Below, in pieces: positions 21,301 through 34,959 of a stretch of 64,000 nt of DNA. Position 1 is the stretch's first letter, and each line of letters starts with the position of its first letter. This DNA comes from Lingula anatina (taxonomy: Eukaryota; Animalia; Brachiopoda). The stretch spans positions 33,176,401-33,240,400 of the forward strand of contig CM120641.1 of assembly GCA_051362555.1 (NCBI GenBank), given 5' to 3'. Under the pieces are notes generated by a model that saw nothing but the letters and a program-made list of their open reading frames with translations, was not told the origin of the DNA and searched no databases. The translations under genes and the position numbers were made by a program.

Positions 21301-24300
21301 GAGTAGTTAAACCTATGAATCGAGATTTAATCCCTTTAATGGCGCTGGTGGAGAGGGGGACACCTTCAGGGAATAAGTGGTATCGCTTATTAGTGGGGTC
21401 GGCCATATATAGTCGGCGGATCAACTTGTTCGGAATGCACTCTATGATTCTGTTTTATGTGTGGTTTCGAAATGAAATATATATATTTACTGGGGATCCT
21501 AGTTCAGGGCAGACTTACAAAGAAGGGGATGAGCCCCCGTGACCTGTCCTCTTCAATGGCGTCCCTGAGTGTCTGACCACACAGGCTAAGGGAGTCATTA
21601 CTTGGGAGCAGACGCAATTTTACCAAACCAATCAAACTGGCTTTTTCCACAGATGAATGTGCCTTAAGATAAATACAAAGGTTTATCATTAAAATTAGGT
21701 AAGACTCTTGGAAAAAACTCTGAAAATCATTATATGGATATTCTTTAATTATCACATGACAATATTTGTGGGTCTAATTCAGAACAATGTCACGGTTTTT
21801 TAAAATTCTGTTTATCAGATATAGACGATGTAATAATCTTTTCTTCAGCCTTTCGTGGATTCGTCAATTACTTACCTGATCCGAGCAGTACATCACTAGC
21901 CGCGAGTTTATCTCCGCGTCTTCCAGATTATTGTCCATGGCGCGGTATTTCTTGATCACCATGCTGCGCGCTGCCAACAGGGCAACAAATGTGGCGTCAC
22001 TTGCGGTCGTCTGCACGTGCAAATGAAAAAGTTGTGAGCTGCTCAAACAAGACGATCCCTCTTTTATTTTTGCAAAAAACAAATGAGAAATGCGTAACTC
22101 TAAACGGATTTAAAATTGTCGCTAATAGAGTTTAAAGATGTGTAGTTTTTAATCTACAGATCTGCGTCCGCTTTAACCTTAACACTTCATATTTTCACCT
22201 GTATCACTCCGCCACCTTTAGTTTGCTGGTTGCTATGGAGAAATTCTGCAGGAAGTCCTATCATCTTGCCCAACCAATCCATTACTATGGTTTCCAACTC
22301 CGTGCACGCAGGGCTGGACGCCTGCAAAAAAAAAAAAGCAAAGTGTTGAAACAATGTACAATTCTGAATTAAAACAAACAATATTATTATTAGGTTCTTC
22401 AAACAGTAATCAATAAGGATAAAAAAGGAAAGAGACAAATAGATATATCAATAAAACAGGCTACATATGTCTTCAAATCGGGTTTTCTAGACACCGTAAA
22501 TCGAGTTTGGCATCTTTTGAAACAACTATAAATAACTATAAAAGCTTACCCACGTGAAGCCCAAACACCCTATTGCGTCTGCTAACATGTCACCAAGTAG
22601 AGAAGGAAAAGAATTTAAAGCGGGAAAATATGCGTGCATGTGTGGACTTTGCCAGTGGGTGATCTGAAATGAATAAAATGTCGAATTTATAGAAGTGACC
22701 TAAATGTTGTCAATTGATATAAAACGCTTTTCTTGATAAGATAGAGATGTGCTTTAATGATATTCCCTGTAAATGTAAACCAACCCCTGGCATAATGAGT
22801 CTTTCTGGGTTATCAAACATCAGTGGTATATTTACATATATTTTGTAACAGTGACATAAAGCCAGCACATAAAGCCTACTCTTTTCCTTACACCTTACAT
22901 CATGACTCTAAACGTGACACTGGAGATTCGACTCTCTACATGTGTGTCACCAAATAATGTATACCACCTTTACTTTGGAAATATAAACACCTTGTCGTGC
23001 ATTATGAATCATTCTAAATATTATACATGTTCCTCTTATTTAGAAGAATGTCAAGACTTCTAATATGAATACCTACCCCTGGCATTATGACCCTCTCTAC
23101 GTCACCAAATATGTCCTCCCAGGCTTCTCCCTGCAATGGCGGCGACTCAGGTACCAGGTCGTGCATATAGCCCGGCTTGACGTCTGGAAACACTCGACGT
23201 TCACGGATATTCTCTAAATAATTTGCTATGTAATCCACCATCTCTTTGCCTAGAAAAAAAAAGAAAACAATAAAAATTTCGACAGAATTAAAGAGAGGGA
23301 ATGAGAGACCAAAATGGTGTATACATGTTTGTACGTTGATGTCTGTACTGTCCATAAACATAATATGCAAAATATTGTTTATGAATATGTACTGGCCAAA
23401 AAGAGGAAAAAAAGAAAGAAAGAAAGCAAGTTTTGTTATGTATATGGTTTTATGAGTCATCCGTCTCCATTTTTCCGCCAGTGCAGTTCTTAACTCTATT
23501 ACGGTGGTAGGCTGTGGCTGGCGCTCATGAAGTCGTCTCCTCAGTTTCTCGCAGGCATGCACAATGGGACATATGCCTGATCTTAAGAAGAAAAGTCTGG
23601 ATCTGTTCCTGCAGATGCGCCTGTGCTATCCTGGCAGTATGGGGACGGACGTTGTCCTGCTGGAGCAAGTGTAGGGTTTGGTATTGGTGCATGCATGGCA
23701 CAATCACCACGAGTTCTGGCTGGGAATTGTCACTTACGCCCAAATCTTATGCCCAAACCATAACACTGTGCCATCAGCAATGGCCAATGACACGACCCCT
23801 GTCCAGATCAAACAGCGGTGGCATGATGTCAACATGGAGTTTAACCTTCTTACCTTGGGTTTTCTGATTCCAGTGGCCACTAGCATTGATTGTGGACAAC
23901 TGCATTATTATCGGGACAACTGAATTATACAAAACTTTTGTCCCAATTTGTGTACAGATAAGATGTCTGAAAATCTAAATCTAGCCATTGTCTGGAATCA
24001 ATCAAGCGTAACAATGCTCTAATGCAGGACTGAGATGGTATTCTGTCATTGAATACAATGGCCATATTTCGGCATTTGGAAGCGCTGTGGTCAAAAACCA
24101 AAAATTGCGTTTCTTTTTTAGACTAATATATATATATATATATGTAAATAGCAAAGTCTGCTCTATCTGAGGGTGCATCTCAAGCTCTTAAATAAAGATG
24201 TGATAAGTTGACTAAGATTTTTAATTACATTAAAATTACTCATCAGACCATGGATTAAAATCATGTTAATGTCCTATAAAATATGGATGAAGGAAATAAG

Positions 24301-27300
24301 TGATAATCTTTACATCCAAATACTTTAGCACAGGAGAGGGGGAAATTAAAAAGAAAGGACTTGGACAAAAACGAAGCAATCAGATCACGAAACAGTACAG
24401 TCTGGCTCCCCCTAAAGTGGACTCTAACGGAAACAGTCTCAAAATAATTGAATCACAGACCTTTCGTTCTAGATAAGCTACGCATTTATTGGGTTATTAT
24501 TATTTCCCTTGAGAGAGAGACTGCCAAAGTTTCCGAGTTCCAGGTGCCGCCATTATTTAGGATATTAAAAAAGTGCCTAAACCCTTAACGAGACAAAGGT
24601 ATCTTTGTCCAAAGATTATGCCACCAAAATGGATCTGTTACGTTTGTGATATGATTGAGTATGCAATGCACTTTAAATGCAACTATTAAAACTCTGTGCT
24701 GAAAAGATTCCAGGTCTTTCCTACAGCTGATAAATGTCACGCTTTTTAAGAAAAATAATGTACAATGGTGCCTTGGTTATGCTATCTATTTTTCTCAAGC
24801 TCAATTATAGAAAAAATGCACGCTTTGACGAATGGCAAACGTCTTAGCAAAACCCACTTAATTCCCAATCCCAAGTGCAAATGAGAAACAAATGTTTCTA
24901 CTTGATTCGGATACTATACGAGATGGCGATAAAAAAACATTTGAACCTTTTCCGTCCTTGAATAATTGTAGTTCCTCTTGTATTGTTTGAAAACACGTGC
25001 CACGTTAGAAAAAAGGATATTATCTATGTACAGTATGTATTCTAATGGCGCGCGAGGTAACAATGCACTATATTGCTTTGTCTAAGTAACAATGCTTAAA
25101 CATGCTTTCCGAGAAGAAATGGTGTTAGAACTATGTACGTAACTTACAGTTATTCTCTCACGAATTATCCATTTGTTATTTGTTCAAGTTATGAATTTAC
25201 ATACTGACTTCTTCATCTGATTTAGCATGTTATTCTGTTCTTTAATTTGTCGCATTGTTTAGAGAAGACGCGTTGTGCGCCCCTTCGACCTTGCAATGTA
25301 GTGACCAAATGGCGTTTTGGCAGAAGGTGGTTTCTTGAAGAATACTTCTTTTCAACTTCTTTTTGATCGGTTGTGCCGTTAAATGGACATGGTCATTTAT
25401 GAGAAAGTTATCGAAATCGAAAAAATCCCACCATCTATACAACCGTTGCAATCTTTAAATGACAACCGGAACTTCCCCAAGATGTACAAGTTTATCTAAG
25501 ACAGTGGGTTAAATACACTGGTAGTCACAACTAATTTATATGACATATGTCCCTGGTCGTTTAAAACTGCAACACAGTTTAGATGTCTCCAAACGATGCT
25601 AACGTATATTGATGAAAGCTTTGGAAAATATTTCTTGTAGAATTTAATATTTGTATTAACGCCAGTCTAAAGAACTGACTGTCAACTAATATCAACAATT
25701 ATGTTATCGTTGGCCAAAGAGAACTTTTTGTAATTCTATGGAACAAATATGACAGCAGTGTCTTCAAGGCAAAACTGGCATCTCAATGGAATTGATGCCA
25801 AGGATACACAAAGGCTCAATCGATTACCAAAAGTCATGTACTTTTCACAGCATTTTAAGTAAATTTGTTCCTATAATCACTTTAGTTCACACTAGAAGAT
25901 CACGATTGGGCTCTGTAATAAAATGGCGTGGGAAGATTTTTGTGTGCGGTTTAAGGCAGTCGTTTATTATTATTATTATTTTTCAACACCTGACTGTATA
26001 TTTAATTTTTTGCTTTTCATGAATACCCGTTCGTTTTGTGAAACCTAAAGTTAATATCCCCCCAAAAATTGATTAAAACTTGCAAATGTTCGTTTCACAA
26101 ATATGCCAATGCCTCTCTTCTCTCTGATCTAGTTTTAATCGCATTTCGCCTTCATTCTAAATAAACTTTGTCAGGCGTGCGCATTTTTTCCAATGTCTTC
26201 CACTTTCCGTGTTTACAGCAAGTGTCCAAAGGGATCCCAAGCTCTAGAACCTATGAACTTGAAGGTTCGCCGGTTTTAAAACACAGGGTCTGACAGACTC
26301 TATAATGATCGGACTCTTGAAAAAGGAACTGTTTTGTTGGATTAGAAAGCAAAGGAAATGATGAAAACTAACGTGTTGTTCATAACTGTGCTTTTTATAT
26401 TTTCATTCAAATTAAGCAAAATCTTAATTTTTGAAATTCCATCTGTAAGTTAATGCTTAGGCCTACTGACACAGTCTCTAAATCGTCGATTTATTAATTA
26501 TTGGCTTCGAGATTCATCGACCTTATTCTTAGCAAACTTCTGAAAAAATATGCACATTTTCTAATAAACTGAACTATTTGATTCCATTGTCTAAGACAAT
26601 ATTTGTTTGCTAGTCCGCAGATTAGCTTATTCCTGCAAAACTACCTTTGGCAAGTTTAAATAAAACGAAATCATACCCTGGCTATACCTATTGTGTTCAA
26701 TTTAATGTAACAATTTCAATACTATAGGCACCTGCTTCTTGAATTATATTTAAAGAAAAATTAAAAGTCACCAGGAACCTTTCGTATGAGGATTGCTTAT
26801 AGGCAAATGCAATCCCGTACCTTAGAAGAGCCCTATTTGCACTTCTCGGTGTTGCCATTCAAGCAGGATTGTATAGAAAAATCAAAATCCAATATATTTT
26901 TGGCGGCCATGCTTGTTAGTGATCTAGAAAGCTGTTTTTAATGGATGAAAAATTTCAAGTTCCTACATGTATAATGATTATATAAAAGGTACCACATAAC
27001 GATAATAATAATAACAGTAATACAATCTAAACAGAAACCCCTTGCTACCTCGTATAAAGGATAAATCAAAATTTCTTTAAAGGAGCAAAAGTGTTCATTT
27101 GCTTGGTAGTATGGACACACAATAATAAAGTTAGTGAACACAAGCTTCATTATTGTATGACTTTAAATGGTTTAATTTTCAATTACTTGGCAATATAACG
27201 CTTTAAGAAAATTAAAATACCATTGTGGATTCTGCCAAGTCAAAAAGCAGCTGTCAGTATAACCCTAAAGATGCCAATGCTTCGTTGGAGTACTAACAAT

Positions 27301-27902
27301 TTAAGGTGTTATAAAAATCTCATTCCACCTAATGTGAACCATATCTTCAATATACTTGCATCTTCCATATACATTTCAAAGCATTCTTCGGCCATTACGG
27401 TTTCTATATATCCAACAGCCATTCCGTCGAAGCATTTTGAGTGGGTAAAGGGTTTGAGTGGGTAACTGATTTGTTCCAAATTTAAAAGAAAATTCCAAAT
27501 CTGAAGGAGAAATTGAAGCGCGAGTCAAGCAATACTTATCTGCCTATGCTCCATCTGGATGGTAATTAGGAAGTTGTACTCACTGACAAGGTGGAATCCG
27601 AAGCACGAATTTTCCGGTGTCTTTTAGAAATAACTTCGTGCTGTACATAGATATTTGATACCTGACTTACTTTTCGAAAAAAAAGGTGCACCGTTTTTGT
27701 TGGACAACTAGAAATTTTGAATTTCTGTTGCGTAAATACTTGAAATCAAAGAATCACATTGGTTTGAAATAATACTTCTGTCAACAATGTGCCCAGCAAT
27801 CTTTCCCTGAAACGTTACAATCGGCGAATCGTTTTGTTATTTTTTATGCGTCACAAATATAGTTTGCCTCTTACCTCGCTTTCTGTATTCGTTGAAATCC
27901 AT
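15980..27902 (-). CDS. HDC: Histidine decarboxylase (group II PLP-dependent decarboxylase), about 648 aa, 13 coding exons
   Basis: Exons (minus): 27902-27875 ([10 protein letters not shown]), 23249-23077, 22663-22550, 22321-22199, 22010-21876, 21662-21519, 19880-19814, 18553-18391, 18250-18180, 17800-17781, 17427-17329, 17020-16919, 16687-15980; total 1947 nt in frame. The PLP-lysine motif is FAFNPSKW (HDC-type; DDC has NPHKW). Also [37 protein letters not shown], and a C-terminal SLLL..PMSPK..NGSFAA.FD block as in insect Hdc. Confidence 0.95.
18356..18386. repeat. (GA)n microsatellite abutting an HDC splice donor
   Basis: Direct reading. Confidence 0.95.
21180..21444. mobile_element. Diverged second member of the same fold-back MITE family, in an HDC intron
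   Basis: gcattcagcagcaagctgatccacggactaaatatggc...tgatggtctccccgcctcc aligns with the left arm of the 15515 element, and is mirrored by ...gccatatatagtcggcggatcaacttgttcggaatgc at the right end. Confidence 0.75.
22779..22962 (-). repeat. Two to three degenerate tandem copies of the 3' end and donor site of HDC coding exon 2, inside the following intron
   Basis: 22779-22820 matches 23071-23112 at 32/42 nt without gaps ([12 protein letters not shown]|gt vs [12 protein letters not shown]|gt). Weaker copies lie at about 22886-22918 and 22919-22962. Confidence 0.7.
23390..24128 (-). mobile_element. Internally deleted Tc1/mariner transposon relic in HDC intron 1
   Basis: Minus-strand fragments [14 protein letters not shown] (N-terminus), [19 protein letters not shown] (second catalytic D motif) and [29 protein letters not shown] (C-terminus) occur with frameshifts. 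Degenerate TIR-like ends: TActggccaaaaa..agaaagcaag and ttgcgtttcttttttagactaaTA. Confidence 0.8.
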
Positions 27903-30900
27903 GTCCTTAGCTCAATGTCCGAACAGAATATTGTTCACCTGAAACTTAAGACAGTGCTAATATGTGTTTTCTTTTATAACTTTTTAAACTACAACGTGTC
28001 AAAGTTGCAGCGGAGCCGCTTTAGCGCTGCTTAATTACTATCTTGATTGTGCTTCTGCGATGCTAGCTGAAAGATGAAACTGATGGGGAATTCAGTATTT
28101 CTGGACCCTCATAATACCGTGGACCTATCAATGTCATCAAATCTTCCAAAAGGGCTCTTCAGCTGATAAGAGGACGGCCAGAGGCGAGCGTCAGGAGGCA
28201 GTGTCTGTTTTCTTGGTGACGTAATTTGTGAGACGCCAAAACATTTTGGTATTAAGAACACGGAGAGCAATCCTTTTAAAGAACAAAACCAAACATCGTT
28301 AAAATTGAGTCAGCCTCGAGAGATAGTGCGGGGGAACGCGATATTTAATTACATTTAAGTATGCAAAGAGCAAGCTTTGAAGTGCCTTGGATCGAAAATT
28401 GAAACGCCACGTGTGACGACAGCGAGATTGCCGTGGGGCTCCAAACAGTAAATATGTGACGAAGAACAGCTAACATGAATTTGACTGAAACCAATATATT
28501 TGTAATTTTTGAGCTGACATAATGTTACACATTAAGAAAATGACACGGTCTAGTGTATCTGCGAAAAAAATCTGAAAAAAAAATAAATTGATGGAATTGT
28601 TCTATTTGTGTTTTTGAAATATATTTCATTGCAGCTTGTGAAAACGCAGGCTTAGAATGTATGTAACATAATTTACATCCGAAGAAAAATGTCAAAATAT
28701 CGATGATTGGTTAGATTTGCTATATATCGTTTTAAGGGGTGGTTGGGTGCCACAGCGTTCTCAGCCCATATCTCAGCATAGATTGGGGTTTGCTTCTTAC
28801 GTTTGCACTCTTCCTCCCAACATGGTGATTCAATATTTACACCATTCCTCATGAACGATACAGTTTTAAACAAAAGGCGAACCGTGTCAATTCTTCAAGT
28901 GGGAAATTTGATCGGTTTAAAATTGATTAGCCGTAGCAATCAACTAAATTTGTTCAATCGACATGGCTGAGACTTGTCATTGGGAAGTAGCCTATGAAAA
29001 GCTGCTTGACAACTGTGTCGGCGTAGGAAGCGCGAGGAATCGATATACGCGTATTATAGCTAGACATTAGTGGCGGTAGTTTATGTAATTACAGCACCTG
29101 CAACTTACTCATTACCTGATTAAGCTGTACCAAAGCAAGATCATAACAGAAAGATTTTAACGGATAATTTGAAGTAATTACAAAATCAATTAGTTTTTCA
29201 TGTACATTTAGATAAGGTTAAATTTAATGGCCTGTGCAAGGGAAACTAGGCTCCGAATATGCTGTAAAAGGTCTGTTTTACACCGCAAACTTTACATTTT
29301 GATTTGGTCTATTTCCCATGGTTCATTTAAGAGCAAACAAGCCACATACGTTGCAAGTCATTTAAAGGATAAAATTCTTTATCCAGATGGTTTAAGGTAA
29401 GACGGCCTATACGTGTCATCCAAGACCAAAACCTTATGTTGTCGCCATATATTAATTAGGCAAGAATCTACAGTAGCAAATATTAACTTAAGGAGCAAAG
29501 TTTAACATTTTAAGGCAAAAAAAGATTTTTAAAATGATGTAAAGGATATCCACTCGAGTGAAAGCAAATTGATTTCTCAGTTTCACCTCGCGGGCTATAT
29601 AGGAAGTATTTTTTGTTCTAAGGAGTACAGGATATTGGGCAGCTTAGACTATTGTACGAAAGATGTCCACTTAATTATATTTTATGTATCCACGATATTG
29701 ACAAGGATAGCTTACCAATACGGATGCCATGACGATTTTGGAAGTAAGCCTACGCAAAGAAAACAGTGGGGAAAGGCAGAGCTGAGAAAAATGTTTGGGA
29801 GGCAGCTGACGATGGCCTACGTACAATGTTCATGCAAGCAGGTTATTTGTACCGCCCGTGGTCTCATTTAGACGCTGACTGAAGGAAAATTAAAAGATAT
29901 CCTATATATTCTGGGACAAAATAAAATGGTATCAATTATAAAGACAAATACATCTTTTTAAAACGATCTAATATGTAGGGCACAGGGAAGGGAAAGTTAC
30001 GTGCATTATACTGTTTGGAGCAGGCGGGGGGAGGGGGGGATGGGGCACTACCGAAGCTAAGGGTGGAGGGGGGTCACATGTCCACACAAGGCAGTGTCCT
30101 GGGTTCGCCATTGCATGTGTAATAAATTACTGGCAATGATGGAGCATTTTGTAATCAAACGGGTTATATAATACTAACACTTTTACAGTGAATGTTTCAC
30201 AGTGTTTTCAAACTAGCCCAATAAAGCAACATAGGCCTACCCTAAGCGTTTAGCAAAAATAGGAAGAACTTTTGTCATTCAAGTTTTAATGGTTTCGAGA
30301 ATCAAAAGGTCAAAACAGCTGACTACTTGTGCAGGTGTTCTTAAGATTGATGACCCGTCGTGTTTTCCTCTGGGGTTATTTCCTAGATATAAAACTTCAC
30401 AAACATACTGGTTGTAATCATTTTACAATCCAAACATTGGGTTATCTAACCAGTTAAACTAGAAACCAGTAAAAACGATGCCATCTTATCCCTAAACCGA
30501 TTTCTTTTGTTATCAAACTCTGCGTATGAAAAACTTCATTGTCATAGGACAGAACAAAACTTGAACAAATCCTGGATACGTGGGCAATGAATGCCACACA
30601 ATATAACCGAGGCAGTATAGTTTTATACAAGACCTGGTGTGACAGGTAATTAGTCTTTATAACGATAGATTTTAATAAATACATATCTCCTATTAGTCAC
30701 TGTTTTTCGTTTGTCATTCTTGTGATAATGTTCAGTAACTGTTTGTGAGTGCACCGTTACATAAGCTAAAATCGGGCGTCGTTGTTTCAGTGCAAACTCA
30801 TTTCAACGAGAATCTTTATTGACCAGTTCTTCGGAGTGATAATTTCTATTGCCCTTTCTCCTTTTCCACGTCTAAGTTTCCACTTCGTACTTATGGTAAT

Positions 30901-33060
30901 CACTCCTAGTCGCTTAATAGTATTAAAATGTGACACGTTGCATCTCTAGTGAACAGACGCGTGGGAAAACCTAGGGCAATCAGTACTTCTTGCCGGTAGC
31001 TGGAGATTTTAAATGAAATCACTCTGTAAACGTATAGGAAAAATGACATGCGTTATGAAAGTTTACTTTACTGATAAATCATATATCATGACATGTTGAT
31101 TCATATTTTGTATTCAAAGTATAATGTAAAATGTATATGTTATCATGTAATCATGCAAATGCCAATTTTCAAAAATAAAAAATCTGAAAATCTTTGACGG
31201 CAATGGACGTTACCAGATATGGATTCTATGTCAATTATAAAAATCATCTAAATCAAAATCAATTGACAAGACATGTCTTAAAAATCAGATAATAATGTTA
31301 ATTTGTTTTCACTACTTCTTACTGAGCTGATGTATTTAGTTAACCAGAGTTTCGGAGTTGATGCGGACCAGCCTCCCAATTTTCAAACTTATATACATGT
31401 TCTCGAGTATGAACGCGTTTGATGGAAGTTTACCTCGTCAATCACGGAACTACGTCACAAGCCAAATGCATTCTAGTGATTAGATTGGGACGGTCAACTC
31501 CAATCAATGGTGCAAGTGAAATAAGAGTCCCACATGCTAGTAAATGGAGATCCGCTATATTTCATACATACATTTCTGTATTATAAAGCAGTTTTTATGA
31601 GAAACTAAATGGAATTTTGCATGTAAACTTTACATTCTCCCAATTTGGTTTCTCTTTACAACAAATAATGGAAAATCTAGTCTGTAGTCACATTCATTGT
31701 AACGTTGAGACAACTGGCATAGGCGTACTACACGCGTTAAAAATGTACCTAGGTACATTTTTAAATACCAATGATATCCAATGCATTGATATACGTCTTT
31801 TTCAATTCAGACATTGGAAACTATAAAACAGCTCAAATAAGGAGCATCCGATGTTGAAATTTCTTTATGCAATGTCAGGAACTTTAAAGCATTCTGTATG
31901 AATCAGGATACATTAAGAACCAAGTAATCTAATAAAAAGAATACACAAAGCATTTAATCTTAATGCAGGGAAAGATCGTGCAATAATTCAACAGTGGGAG
32001 AAATTTGCTTTTTTTTCCTCAAAAAAAAAAAAAAAAAAAAAAAAGTTAGATTTGGCTTGAAAATCCTGTATAAGATAACCTCTACATAATGGCTTCCTTA
32101 TGATGCCAAGCATGCAGCCAATAACCTGAATTTAGTTAAATATTCTATATTTATTGCAAAGTGTGTGAATCCGCTTTTTTCAGGACATGGTACTTCACAC
32201 CAAACCAAACCAAGATTGTGAAGTCTTTTTTCATTCTTTCACAAATGTATGGTTTTCCCCCTAAATTACAAGAAATGCTACAAAACCATCTCAAATGCTG
32301 GCTGTAATGTTAAACAAGACAAACCAAACATGACTTCTAACAAAGGATAAATTTGGTGTATGCTTTTCAAAATACAAAAGTAAATGATGATGAACAAGCA
32401 TAAAAATAATATATTCTTTATTTCTGGTGTACAGATCTGAACCTTTCTCCTTTCTAAATATACAACTTAGACCAAAAGTTCAACTCATTCTGCAATAACA
32501 TATTTAATCTCTTTGACTCCATTAGTCTTGGATAACATGCAAAAACATAGTAGTGTGAATTCATCTTAATGTCTAGAACTGGTCTAGGTTGGATTCTGAG
32601 AACCTGAACACTATCTCTGAATACAGAATGAAACAACTTATTGTGTTAACTATTAAAACTGCTTTGCAGCAGACAATGCTGATCAGAAACACGGGTATGA
32701 TTAACAAAAGATGGCATATATATGACAAATATGGTTGAAACGCACACAAAAGCAGTCAACATGAGGAAACCTTACACCACAGAAATCTAGGCAAATGTAA
32801 GCTACTCGTAATTCATCATTACCACAACAGATTCAAGACATGCTGATTCAGCTAATGCCATAACCAAAATCAGATTGTCAACCACCAACTCAAAACAAAG
32901 AACAAGGCCAACGTTATATTTTCAAAAGCTACAATTCAAGATAAACATATTTCAAAGTGCATTCCCCAAATTCATTCATAAAATTTGTGCATATATTGGT
33001 TGTGTTAATTTGAAATAAAGACAATTTTTTTCTTTTCATGTGTCTTTGGTACAAAATAAG

Positions 33061-33100
<40 letters not shown>

Positions 33101-34360
33101 ATCCTAATTGCAAGGAAACTTTTTAAAAATGCAAATTACTTGTACAACCAAGAATTTTGAAATGCTCCACAAAACACCTTATCACATACTTCATGTTTAA
33201 AGAAAACAAGATACAAGTGCAATTTTTGCCCAGTAGAAGGCCAAACTTTGAACAATTTGGATGCAAAAACGATTCACATTATATGATAAACTCTTACCAA
33301 TAAAACATTTTGACAAGATAATTACAGCTGTTGATGCTATATTTCTATATCAAATGGATAATAAACTAACACCTAATAGCAATAATAATAAATAAATAAA
33401 TAAAATATTATGACATGACAATTACAGCTGTTGATGTTATATTTTTATATATAATGGTGGTGATAATTTAAAAGAATATTCAATAACACACAAAAAATCT
33501 TTACTTGGTGAATAACCTAAATATTGCAGAGGACAACAATATAAATTCTTATCCAGTGGATATTAATTATGCATCAAGTTCTATCATTGGCCTTATGGTA
33601 GTCAAGGGCCTGGTTGTGCCACGATAAAATTGTTCTCAAATATAAACTTAATAATTATAGAATGCTTTCTTCAGCAGTAAGCATTCCTTTACTGAAAAAA
33701 AAAAAATTGTAAGAGAAAATCACTTGGTGCTGGCAAAGCAAAGGCTGAGATTCAACAATATTTCACAAAACCAGCTTTACCGATGCTAGTGTTATAGTAA
33801 TTAAAACAAGGCAGCAAAGCTGTCAAATGTACAGACAAAAAACAGAAAATAAAGATGCAAAAAAAGGTCATTTTGTCAATTTTGATGCAATAATAAATAA
33901 TGCTTATAATAGCACTGTCAGTCAACACTGAATTTTAATCATGCACAACAGGTAACATGGTCAATAACAGGAGCGGACCCTGAGATATTTTCTCACAGTA
34001 TTCCAAAGTATCTATGTTGATCCATCCTCCATTTTGATGGTCTTCCAACAGAAAAAAATAGATACCAGTCAATATAAACTTAATAACCTGTCTTCAAGAA
34101 GACCCAGAAGATGGTCTCATTCCACCCCTTCAATAAGATTACAGTTTCAGGACCATGAGAGACTATAGTCACATGATGAAAGTCTCAATATTTGAAAAAT
34201 GATGACAGTGCATAAAATAATTTTATATAATGTTTAAAGACATAAAAAAATTACAACTGCTTATGTGGAAATACAGAAAATGTGCAGAGCCTCGAGCGGA
34301 TGAGAGTTAAAAGTCACAAATGCAAGTGTTTGAGAAAAAATTGTAAAGGAAAACATAACA

Positions 34361-34587
34361 AAACTAGAAAACCACCGAGAGTGCAGACCTCTGCCAAGGC
34401 AGCAATTGTTGATTATTGATTGATTATTGAGCCAGACCACCACTAAAAACTAATCATTGTCCTCTTTGGCCCAATTCTGACAGTTCCTGAAAATTTCAGC
34501 AAAATCGGTCCATAACTTTTTGAGTTATGTTGATGACAGACAAACAGGGGTGAAAATATAACCTCCTAGGCAGAGCCTGAGGTAAAT
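34361..34587. mobile_element. Short Helentron-associated (HINE/DINE-like) non-autonomous element
   Basis: Subterminal inverted repeat acctctgccaagg / cctaggcagag..aggt, an internal gaaaatttcagcaaaatcggtcc core and a short GACA-type microsatellite before the end. This layout is typical of invertebrate HINEs; the family call is inference. Confidence 0.55.
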
Positions 34588-34627
34588 ATAATTTCAATGA
34601 AGCTGCTATTCAAACTTTTAATCTTTG

Positions 34628-34629
<2 letters not shown>

Positions 34630-34709
<80 letters not shown>
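34630..34709. repeat. (TA)n microsatellite, about 40 units
   Basis: Direct reading. Confidence 0.97.
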
Positions 34710-34712
<3 letters not shown>

Positions 34713-34959
34713 ACCTGCATAATTATCACTGCTTCCTTATTATTAATCTAGCAGAGAGCTTAACTTTTGGGAGTTTACAAGGAAATATCAACAAGTGTGC
34801 TTTATGAAATCTCCTTTAATGGCCTTTCAATTAGGCAAATGACTTTATAACTCAGAAATTAGCTAAGTGATACCCAAGGGATATTAACAGACTGACCCTC
34901 TTAAAGGTCTTTCAGGCCCATAAGTCACATCTTAAGAAAAGCACAAAACAATAATGCAC

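Noticed and set aside
25140-25451. Possible alternative HDC first exon or 69-aa ORF in intron 1
   Set aside because: No homology, several equally weak donors, and a convincing first exon ([10 protein letters not shown]) exists at 27902-27875.
15980-27902. Annotation as DOPA or tyrosine decarboxylase
   Set aside because: [21 protein letters not shown] and [15 protein letters not shown] match HDC rather than DDC (NPHKW) or TDC.
28673-28873. WEEECKR|gtaag as HDC first coding exon
   Set aside because: It is a poorer match than 27902-27875; it may be a 5'UTR exon donor but this is unsupported.
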